From Desulfobacterales bacterium (GTDB lineage: Bacteria > Desulfobacterota > Desulfobacteria > Desulfobacterales > 4be13): 39,334 bases of DNA. This document shows, in pieces, positions 25,832 through 33,947 of this stretch. The notes beneath the pieces were generated by a model. The model did not search any database and was not told the DNA's origin. It was given only the letters and a program-made list of their open reading frames with translations. How positions within the stretch are numbered: the stretch's first letter is position 1; each line of letters opens with the position of its first letter. A program made the translations under genes and the position numbers. The stretch lies in contig JAOZLU010000003.1 of the NCBI GenBank assembly GCA_029934695.1, positions 1 through 39,334 of the forward strand, written 5' to 3'.

Positions 25832-25933
25832 GACAGACCTGCGAGGTTTCCAAAAGTTCGTAGTTCCGCCTTCAGGCGGCAAAAATTCGTAGCCTTTAGG
25901 CAGCCAGTACAAACCGCCTGAAGGCGGAACTAC
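25832..25933. repeat. Composite repeat: a half-copy of the 20637 hairpin plus a 20-bp-stem long hairpin
   Basis: 'gacagacctgcgaggtttccaaaa' (25832-25855) comes first. It is followed by 'gtagttccgccttcaggcgg' (25860-25879) pairing with 'ccgcctgaaggcggaactac' (25914-25933). Confidence 0.7.
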
Positions 25934-25977
25934 TCATTCCTGTGACCTCTGTGGTTTCATAAAAACCCAGATTCCTT

Positions 25978-28900
25978 TCATCCGCCTTCACCCGCCTCTG
26001 CAACCTGAATCCACTCTCCCGGAATCCGGCCATTAATCGTGGCATCATACATTGTTTCAGCCGTGATCATGGGCAGGTAGAACTTGCCCAGATAACTCGC
26101 GTTCAGCAGAATCCGAAAGATTTTTGACTCGCCCTGTCTGATGTCAAAGTAAGTATAAACCCTGTCATCGCGAATATCCTGATAATCATAGTCCGATTCA
26201 GGGCCGAGATCAGGAGCATCAGAATCAGACATATCCATCCGCGTATTGCGGATTTCCCAGCCCGAGGGGAAAACATGAGACAGCGCAACTTCCTCGTAAT
26301 CTCCGCTATGACCGCTGTTCGTCACAGTTACCCGGACCACAAAATCTGTTCCCTGATCCAAGTTCGTGTGATTCAAAGGTTTTCCTTTAAGCGTAAAATA
26401 ATCCGCACTGAGTTTTAAGCCATTTTTCGCCGCGGTTTCAGTTCCCACAGCGGGAATCCCTTCCAGAATGACCCGGGGATAAAGCATTGTATCGCCGGTA
26501 TTCCTGACAACGATGATGCCAGAACTGCTGTCTCCCGCATCCAACTGCATTTGCACAAGAGGATGCTTGGAAGAGACCGCTACTTCCTCGCCGTTATTCC
26601 AGGAAAAAGCAAATTTCATCTCATCCGAGTTTCCTGAGATACCCGCATGGCGGGCCATGGCAACAAGGGCATAAGCCGTAGTCTGGGTACTCAGGGACTT
26701 GGTGCTGCCCAGCTCCGAGGAGATGGCCTTTGCAATGGGCATGGCATCTTCCGGCCGCCCCATGAGGCATAAGGATTCCAGGATCATGGCCTTATCCCGC
26801 AGATCAGAGCCATAAGTGTTTGAAAGCTCACGGTACGCGGATATGGAAATTTTCCTGTCCTGAATCAGGTCTTCAGCCGCTTCCGGCTGTCCAGCCAGAT
26901 GATAGGCCGAGGCAAGTCGCCATCGGGCCGCGGTGGGCAGATTCCGTTCTTCTCTCAGCCGGTTCATGGCCCCGAGTTCCGCGGCCCCGGAAAGTGCCAG
27001 CGTATAGAGACGATATGCCTGAATCAGTTCTGAACGCGTCCGATCCGGGCCCCATGAAATCGCCTTTTTGCGCTGATACGTCTTCCACGCGCTGATCACC
27101 CGCAGGGGGAGCAGATAGCCGGCTTTTTCAGCTTCGAGAAGGAAATGCCCCGCATAATTCGAGACCCAGTCTTGGGCCCTGGTCTCTCCGGGCCAGTAGG
27201 CAAATCCGCCGTCTGTTGTCTGAAATGTCCGCAACCGTCCGATTCCCGCTTTGACATTCTGCTGAATTTTATCCTGCTTATCTGGAGAAAGTTCAAGCAG
27301 TTTGTCCAGATAAAGTTGCGGAAACACGGCCGACGTGGTCTGTTCAACACAGCCATGGGGGTAGCGGATCAGAAAACTGAGCCGTTTCCCCAGATTGAGC
27401 GGCGGAATCCGCGCTGTCTCAAGGGTAATGGCGTTGCTTCCCGTCACACCAGGAAATTTTATCGCCTGCTTCCACATCTCACCTTTGGAAATCGCCGCTT
27501 CCACGACATCCGTAACCAGCCCGCCCGGCATTCTCACGTCGAGTTCAATATGCTGGCCGGCGTTCACATCTCCCGCTGCGGCCTTCACAGAAACCGACGC
27601 TATGCCGATATTCGAGCCTGCTTTAAGTCTGAAGGTGATGACATCATCTCCGGGTTCTGAAAAGGCAATGCTTTTGTGGGAAGAATCTGTGACAGAAACA
27701 GGGCCTTGAGTCTCTATGGTTATTGAGACCTCCTTCACCGTTTCATCCATGGCAAATACAGAAATCGGCATTTCCACTTCCTCATCCGGTCCGAGTACCC
27801 GGGGGAGCGTTGCCAGCACCATGAGCGGTTTACGGACAAACACCGCCTTTCTCTGGGAACCGAATGCTCGGTCCTGTCCCGCGACCACCATGACCCTGAC
27901 CGATCCCACATACTGGGGAATGTCAATGACATGGGTATTCTCCTCATCTTTCCCGAGTTTAAAAGGCCCGATAAATCGCACCATTGGCGGAAAGCGGTGG
28001 GCTTTTTTCTTTCCTTTGTTGATAAGGGCATCATCCCCTCCGATGGCCAGGAGTTGTTCAAGCGCGCCGCTGTAAGCCCCCGCGACCATATCGAAGATAT
28101 CCCATGTTCTCACGCCAAGTGCCTCTTTTTTATAAAAATGGGATCGAGGATCAGGTGTCTTAAAGCGCGTAAGTCCCAAAAGCCCCTCATCCACCACTGC
28201 GACAGTATAGGTCATGGGTTTCCCGTCTGCCTCGCTGATGATAATCTCGGCTTTCTCCTCCGGTATAAACGATTCCGGCACCCCGATCAAGGGCCTCAGG
28301 AGGGTTTCGGGATCATCAATCCTGATCGGAATCACCCCGTACATCCGAATAGGGAGATCGTTTTCTGTCTGCTGGTGGGGCTGGAGAAACGTGACATGCG
28401 CGTACACATTGGGCGACATCGCACTGGTGGCAGGGAATTCATAACGGGTATGTTCCTCGCCGGACGATTCTATCCATGCGGTCTGGATCACCCGTGTCCC
28501 GGACTCAATACTGACCAGCCCCCGGCCCTTTTTCCCGGTCGGAATACTCAGGCTCACTTTTTCGCCGACCTTATACGCGTCCTTGTCCGCGGAAAAACTC
28601 AGCACAGTCGCGCCGTCCGGAGAATCTTTCTGGGCCCGCCCTGCCCATCCGGGCCAGTCAATATAGAAGGCTTTGCCGGTGCAATGATCGCCGTTGGTAT
28701 CACACGCCCGGATCAGATACCGCCCCCATGATGGATATTTGATCTCAAACTGCCATTCACCTTTGCCGTTTATGATCGGAACCTTATCTGTCCGGATAGG
28801 CGTGTGGGAAGATGAACCCACATACTCGGCAAGGGATTCTTTTTCTTTCTCCCACCACCATCGCCATTTGATCTTGTACAATTTTATTTCGGCTTCGCCA

Positions 28901-31548
28901 TTTGTCACAGGTTCTCCGTGATTATCCAGCATCGCAATACTGACTGTGTGAGGTGTATCCGTGAGGAGCATCCCCCGCGCCTTGTCTCCTTTTGGGGTGC
29001 GAATGCCAAGATAGCGTTCATAAGGATAACAGGGTATGCTGAACCGATCCGAACTGAACGCGCCCCCCGGTTCAAACACGCGGGTTTTGAAATTTGCCGT
29101 CAGCATTCCCGGGGACACATTTTGGGGCCAGGCTTCTGATACGACCGTTGCCTTGCCTTTTCCATCCAAATTCCCCTCGAAGATGGTCTGCGTCTCCGGC
29201 TGATATGTCCTGACCGGATCATCAAATATGTATGCCTCATACTTGGGGAAATGGGTCCGGGCTGAGGTGAAGAGCAGCTCGACATCTGATTTCAGCCCTT
29301 TTGCGACAGCTCCGTGGAGCCACGTCGAGGAAAGTTCACCGGTGAGTTTCCCTTCGTACCAGGCATCACTTTCAAAATCAAGACCGATTTTCAGACGGTT
29401 CGGCATGATGGTTTCGATTTTCAGGATTTTCTCAAAGGTCGCACCGCCTGCCCTTACCCGCGCAGTCCAGTTTCCGGTGGGCGCGTCCGGGTCTGTTCCG
29501 GTTTTAAAACTGTAGAATCCGTTAAGCGATTCGTTCTTCTTTATGGTTTTGACAATCTGGTCCCTGGGATTCCGCAGTTCAAACAGAATCGGATGATTTT
29601 TCGGCAGTCTGTTCTCGTTGTCCAGCAGGATAAAGGTGAGATAAATCGGATCACCTGGCCGCCATACCCCGCGTTCACCATAGAGAAATCCCTTCAGCCC
29701 CTTGTCCACAGTATCTCCTGAAACATCAAAGTGACTGACGGACAGTGCTGAGCCGTCATCCAACTTCAGATATCCTGTCTGACCGCCATGTTGTGCCACG
29801 AGCAGAAAGGGCTTTCGCCTGGAGCGGAGAAGAGCCATTCCGCTGCTGTCAGTCGTTCCTGTGTTGAGTAACTGGCGCTGGTAGTCCATGAGGGTGATCA
29901 CCGTGTCCGGCAGGGGTTGAGCCGTTTTTATATCGGTGGCGACAACAGTGACTGAATCATCGCCTCCCTGTTTGGCAATGAGACCGATATCGGAAACGAG
30001 CACATTCCGTGAGACTGAGATGTTATGATCCTCATAAGCCCTGTAGTATCCGGGATGACATGGATTCTCACGCTCATCATAGTATTCCCACCAGTTGTGA
30101 TCTTCGTCCCCATCGTAGGTGTTCCAGTTGCTGTCCTGGGTCTCCTCATCCCAGTTGTTCTCCGCCAAGATTTCCTGTGCGTCCGGTTCTGATCCGTTTT
30201 CAGCATCCGGGCAGGGGTAAACAATATGACGTTGAACAAATGAGAGCTGAAGCCTGAAAAATCCCCCGGGATTATTCTGAACCAGCGGGGAGACATCAAG
30301 TCCGTATCGTGTCCACTGATTTTTCTTCTCCGGCGTGAACCCGAGGGAAACCGTCTTTTTCCAGATCACCCGGCCCACGCGTTTTATTTCATTGTCCTCT
30401 TCAAGGGTGCTGACCTGGAAAAACTGGGGGATGTTTTCCTCATAAACATGCATGGCCTCAACAATGATTTCCCGAAGGTTCACTGTTTCTATGGGAAGGG
30501 TCAGGCCGCGGGTGAAGGGAATAATGACGCGCTCACCCACAAAACGGGCCTGAGGTTTTATGTCTTCAAAACTGACTGTCATGCTTTTTGGTGTGCCAAG
30601 ACGCTGGCCCAGGATATTCCGGATGCCAAGTTCCGCGGTGACTGTCACTTCCTCTGCCCACGGTGACGAGCTGTAAACCCGCACGATACTGCCGTCAATG
30701 GTGAATCTGAGAGGGCGTTCCTCATCACTGACCCGGATCAGACCGTTCAAATCCTGATCTTTCTCCAGAGGATCAGTAAATCGGATTTCAATATACTGCT
30801 GTTCTCCGTGCATGGCCCTGACATCTGTGACTTGGAAGGGGCCGATGGGAGGCACTGCGATATTTCTCTTTCCCTGCTTATTCGCACCAATGGCGGTTCC
30901 GTCCCATCGGAGAATGACTTCGGACGGCTCATCAAGGCGCAGAATATTGCTGATAATGTATGAATGGTTTCGTCTGTCCTTTGAGTGGGACCAGCGGATA
31001 TTCAGCCCTTTCCCATTCTGCCCGGCTCTGAGCAGTTTCATGATCTTCGAGCTGTCCTCCGCGTCTGCAGTGACGAGTTTTCCGGTCAGCTGAACCTCTT
31101 TCAGATTGATCCGGCTGGCTGCCTGAAGTCCGTCAACTGTGATTTCAAAGGATTGCCTGATAACGCCGAATCTGAACTCAAAGGTTTCTGATGCTTGGGG
31201 AAGACTGGTGATTTCTGACCAGTTCAGGAAGGCAAGGTAGTTCTGACCTGCCGGCAGTTTGTCTTTGGGCCAGAACTCAAGCGTTCTTTGGTTCGCCCAT
31301 GCGGCCGCGCCCTTTATCTCCGGCCTGAATGTCAGCGGAGAGTCCTTCAACGGTGCATTGAGCCTGTCCGAGCCGATCATGTTCTCTGCAAACCGGACCT
31401 GAATCATGCTCTCCCGTGAAATCAGGCCCGATGTGTGAGCAGAGATGACGGAAGGCTGTTTTTCAATGTCAAGCGACTCCGCTTTTGAAGCGAAAAGCCC
31501 AAGCATCAGAACGCACATCATTATGACGATAACGGTTTTACTTTTCAT
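25978..31548 (-). CDS. Bacterial alpha-2-macroglobulin family protein (YfhM-like) with an intact thioester motif
   Basis: The protein is 1856 aa with the signal peptide 'VLMLGLFASKAES'. It has repeated macroglobulin-type beta-domains. The thioester site is 'RYPHGCVEQTTSAVFPQ', with the CVEQ codons at plus-strand 27340-27351. An AAGGAG RBS is present. Confidence 0.85.
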   Translation of the reverse strand: MKSKTVIVIMMCVLMLGLFASKAESLDIEKQPSVISAHTSGLISRESMIQVRFAENMIGSDRLNAPLKDSPLTFRPEIKGAAAWANQRTLEFWPKDKLPAGQNYLAFLNWSEITSLPQASETFEFRFGVIRQSFEITVDGLQAASRINLKEVQLTGKLVTADAEDSSKIMKLLRAGQNGKGLNIRWSHSKDRRNHSYIISNILRLDEPSEVILRWDGTAIGANKQGKRNIAVPPIGPFQVTDVRAMHGEQQYIEIRFTDPLEKDQDLNGLIRVSDEERPLRFTIDGSIVRVYSSSPWAEEVTVTAELGIRNILGQRLGTPKSMTVSFEDIKPQARFVGERVIIPFTRGLTLPIETVNLREIIVEAMHVYEENIPQFFQVSTLEEDNEIKRVGRVIWKKTVSLGFTPEKKNQWTRYGLDVSPLVQNNPGGFFRLQLSFVQRHIVYPCPDAENGSEPDAQEILAENNWDEETQDSNWNTYDGDEDHNWWEYYDERENPCHPGYYRAYEDHNISVSRNVLVSDIGLIAKQGGDDSVTVVATDIKTAQPLPDTVITLMDYQRQLLNTGTTDSSGMALLRSRRKPFLLVAQHGGQTGYLKLDDGSALSVSHFDVSGDTVDKGLKGFLYGERGVWRPGDPIYLTFILLDNENRLPKNHPILFELRNPRDQIVKTIKKNESLNGFYSFKTGTDPDAPTGNWTARVRAGGATFEKILKIETIMPNRLKIGLDFESDAWYEGKLTGELSSTWLHGAVAKGLKSDVELLFTSARTHFPKYEAYIFDDPVRTYQPETQTIFEGNLDGKGKATVVSEAWPQNVSPGMLTANFKTRVFEPGGAFSSDRFSIPCYPYERYLGIRTPKGDKARGMLLTDTPHTVSIAMLDNHGEPVTNGEAEIKLYKIKWRWWWEKEKESLAEYVGSSSHTPIRTDKVPIINGKGEWQFEIKYPSWGRYLIRACDTNGDHCTGKAFYIDWPGWAGRAQKDSPDGATVLSFSADKDAYKVGEKVSLSIPTGKKGRGLVSIESGTRVIQTAWIESSGEEHTRYEFPATSAMSPNVYAHVTFLQPHQQTENDLPIRMYGVIPIRIDDPETLLRPLIGVPESFIPEEKAEIIISEADGKPMTYTVAVVDEGLLGLTRFKTPDPRSHFYKKEALGVRTWDIFDMVAGAYSGALEQLLAIGGDDALINKGKKKAHRFPPMVRFIGPFKLGKDEENTHVIDIPQYVGSVRVMVVAGQDRAFGSQRKAVFVRKPLMVLATLPRVLGPDEEVEMPISVFAMDETVKEVSITIETQGPVSVTDSSHKSIAFSEPGDDVITFRLKAGSNIGIASVSVKAAAGDVNAGQHIELDVRMPGGLVTDVVEAAISKGEMWKQAIKFPGVTGSNAITLETARIPPLNLGKRLSFLIRYPHGCVEQTTSAVFPQLYLDKLLELSPDKQDKIQQNVKAGIGRLRTFQTTDGGFAYWPGETRAQDWVSNYAGHFLLEAEKAGYLLPLRVISAWKTYQRKKAISWGPDRTRSELIQAYRLYTLALSGAAELGAMNRLREERNLPTAARWRLASAYHLAGQPEAAEDLIQDRKISISAYRELSNTYGSDLRDKAMILESLCLMGRPEDAMPIAKAISSELGSTKSLSTQTTAYALVAMARHAGISGNSDEMKFAFSWNNGEEVAVSSKHPLVQMQLDAGDSSSGIIVVRNTGDTMLYPRVILEGIPAVGTETAAKNGLKLSADYFTLKGKPLNHTNLDQGTDFVVRVTVTNSGHSGDYEEVALSHVFPSGWEIRNTRMDMSDSDAPDLGPESDYDYQDIRDDRVYTYFDIRQGESKIFRILLNASYLGKFYLPMITAETMYDATINGRIPGEWIQVAEAGEGG

Positions 31549-31620
31549 AATTCTTTACTCCTTTCTGTTGTGATGGTTTATTTGATGGCTCATTACCGGA
31601 ATGACTGTTTGCAGGAATCT

Positions 31621-31645
31621 CGTGACGAGGCTCTGCCTCGTCACG
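31621..31645. repeat. GC-rich hairpin between the channel gene and the A2M gene
   Basis: 'cgtgacgaggc tct gcctcgtcacg' forms an 11-bp perfect stem. No U-tract follows on the coding strand. Confidence 0.6.
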
Positions 31646-31654
31646 GCGGGTGAG

Positions 31655-33856
31655 CTAACTTATGTAAATATATACAAATATCATGCTTGCTAAAACAATG
31701 CAGGGATGAATAATTATCCCTGCACGATTAAAAAACCTTTCTTTTTTTCCAGCCCCTTTTCTGTAAAAAATATAAACAGATATGGATATTGAAGCAGCAA
31801 GGATGGCCAGTATATATATTGTAAAAAAAGCATATTCAATGACGCATAAATATTTCGTCGGGAATTCTGACAAAAACATCATACGATAAGACACAGTTGA
31901 GATGAGTACCGCCATAAAGATCATTGCACGAAAGCCGAAACGGTCCGGCGGAATAAAGTATATGACATACAAAGTGATTATCATTATGATGACAGGCAAA
32001 AAATTTTTGAAAACAAAACTCAGCCCTTTCCTCTCAATCCGGACGGCAGCATTGATCCGGGAATAACTTATAGCGTCTTGTGAATCAGAAAGGAGCGGAT
32101 CTCCGAGACTGGTATCAAGGATAATATCCTGATAAAGCGAGGCATCTCTGACAGACCAGCCAGTAGCGGCATCAAGCCGTATTTTTTTTGCAACCCCAAC
32201 ACCCGACACCTCTGTAACCAAAATCAGTTTGTCTCTGGTCAGCCTGGAATGACGAAGTTCAATTTTCAGGACATGCTGATCAAACGGATACATCCGGAGA
32301 TCAGGATCATTTCTGAAGTCAGCAGTGACATGATATACACGGGCGGTGATATTGCCTCTTTTTGTATCCGAGATGGGCTGACCCAGTGTTACCGGCTTCA
32401 CAGCATTCAGAAACGTAATCTCCCTGTCATCAAAATCCCCTTCATAAAAGAACCAGAGATAAAAATCCAAGGTGCAGACTGAGTTTCTCACATTTAAATT
32501 TCTTATTTCATTAATACGTATCCCCACATAAATCACACGGGTTTTACGCATCGCCTGTCCGTCAATCTCTATGAGTTCACCGGACAGCAACTCCTTCAGG
32601 GGATTGTCAATGGTGCTGATGTTTGTCAGATGGTATTGCGAAAATAAGGGACGGAGGTTCTCATTTTCATAAATTCCTATGGCGGGCGGTCTGGGGGCAT
32701 CTCCGTTTTTATCGAAATAAATGGCTCCGGTCACGCCTCTGACAGCACTTTCATAGTCATAAAAAGTTGTCAGGGCTTCCCGGACTTTTCTCCGAGCCTC
32801 CCGTATGTTTTCTCTCCCCTCAGTTTCAGCATTTTTGATGGCTTCAACCGCAACATAGGCAGCATCATAAGCGCATGCGGCAGTCAATGAGGGTTCTTCT
32901 CCATATTCCTTTAAAAATTTCTGTCTGAATGTGTAGGCTTTTTCATTACCGATATCCGCAAGAAACGGAGAAGCCGCATAAATGCCGTCTGAAAGATAAC
33001 TGACATATCCCCCTTCTGGAGAATATTCTCTGAGATTGTTCAAAAATGATCCGCCTGAGAGTGAAGTGGCTCCAATGACAGAATAAGCTTTATTCCGATA
33101 TTTTATTGATATGATAATTTTTGCAGCTTCAGGGCTGTATGTTGATGTTGCAAAAAAGAGTATTCCCGGATCTTCCGTGGCTTTCAGTTCTTCTGCAATT
33201 CGTGCGAGCTGCTCTTCCGAATCTCTGCCCCCTGCTGCGTCAATACTCCATTTCTTTATAATTCTGATACCCAGCTTCCGGGCGGCCTTTTCAAAAGCTC
33301 CGGCAAGGGAAAGACCATAGGCGTTATTGACGAATATGATGCTTGCCGAGGTCTTTTTTAAAATTTTGCTGATATAATTTGCGACAAAATCCGCATAAAG
33401 GGCGTTATTGGGAACCGTTCTGAAATACCACTCATTCCCTGATGTGACAGGTCCGGTCGTGGCATACGGGGTAATGGCAGGTATGCCGGTCCTTTTATAA
33501 ACCTTTCCCGCATCAATGGAGACAGTGCTTCTGTAATGCCCAATGACAAGCAGAATCTTCTCCTCTTCCGCAACTTGGTACGCCACTTCCATAGCGGTGC
33601 GTTTGTCATTTTTATCGTCGTAAGTCAGCAGTTTTATTTTCCTGCCCCTGATACCGCCCTCTTTATTTATTTCATCAAGGCACATAAGAATCCCTTTCAC
33701 ACCGTCTTCTCCGCTTATCTTGTCAGTGCCGCTCATCGGTCCCATCAGGGCGATATGGATCGTATCTTTGTCAGAAAAAGATATCGAAAAGAACAGGAGA
33801 ATAAGAATCAGACCTGTCGCAAGGATTGCCAGAGATGTCAACAAGATTTTTTTCAT
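31655..33856 (-). CDS. Fusion protein: N-terminal anchor/signal, LIVBP-type (type I) periplasmic binding domain, and pentameric ligand-gated ion channel (pLGIC/Cys-loop family) with extracellular and 4-TM pore domains. Paralogue B.
   Basis: The PBP1 part has 'IHIALMGPMSGTDKISGEDGVKG...INKEGGIRGRKIKLLTYDDKNDKRTA...LLVIGHYRSTVS...GIPAITPYAT...WYFRTVPNN'. The pLGIC part is colinear with GLIC as I recall it. 'VIYVGIRINEIRNLNVRNSVCTLDFYLWFFY' corresponds to beta1-beta2. The Pro-loop 'LRMYPFDQHVLKIELRHS' compares with GLIC 'FRRYPFDSQTLHIYL'. Pre-M1/M1 is 'RIERKGLSFVFKNFLPVIIMIITLYVIYFIPP', M2 is 'RAMIFMAVLISTVSYRMMFLSEFP', M3 is 'YLCVIEYAFFTIYILAILAAS' and M4 is 'IIIHPCIVLASMIFVYIYI'. The stop codon is TAG. 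Confidence 0.8.
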   Translation of the reverse strand: MKKILLTSLAILATGLILILLFFSISFSDKDTIHIALMGPMSGTDKISGEDGVKGILMCLDEINKEGGIRGRKIKLLTYDDKNDKRTAMEVAYQVAEEEKILLVIGHYRSTVSIDAGKVYKRTGIPAITPYATTGPVTSGNEWYFRTVPNNALYADFVANYISKILKKTSASIIFVNNAYGLSLAGAFEKAARKLGIRIIKKWSIDAAGGRDSEEQLARIAEELKATEDPGILFFATSTYSPEAAKIIISIKYRNKAYSVIGATSLSGGSFLNNLREYSPEGGYVSYLSDGIYAASPFLADIGNEKAYTFRQKFLKEYGEEPSLTAACAYDAAYVAVEAIKNAETEGRENIREARRKVREALTTFYDYESAVRGVTGAIYFDKNGDAPRPPAIGIYENENLRPLFSQYHLTNISTIDNPLKELLSGELIEIDGQAMRKTRVIYVGIRINEIRNLNVRNSVCTLDFYLWFFYEGDFDDREITFLNAVKPVTLGQPISDTKRGNITARVYHVTADFRNDPDLRMYPFDQHVLKIELRHSRLTRDKLILVTEVSGVGVAKKIRLDAATGWSVRDASLYQDIILDTSLGDPLLSDSQDAISYSRINAAVRIERKGLSFVFKNFLPVIIMIITLYVIYFIPPDRFGFRAMIFMAVLISTVSYRMMFLSEFPTKYLCVIEYAFFTIYILAILAASISISVYIFYRKGAGKKERFFNRAGIIIHPCIVLASMIFVYIYIS

Positions 33857-33877
33857 AATGACGAATTAATGATGAAT

Positions 33878-33947
33878 TGATTATAACGGATTTAGAGGAG
33901 GCCACGGTCCCTGAGCTTGCCGGTCCCTGAGCTTGTCGAAGGGGGTG
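33878..33947. repeat. Intergenic repeat patch: one MITE-type end plus a tandem 'ggtccctgagcttg' motif
   Basis: 'ttgattataacggattt' (33878-33894) resembles the MITE TIR. It is followed by 'ggtccctgagcttgccggtccctgagcttgtcgaaggg'. Confidence 0.5.

Noticed and set aside
25706-25921. A 71-aa ORF between the TonB receptor and A2M genes
   Set aside because: It is composed largely of the palindromic repeat units (25832-25933). It is a translation artefact.
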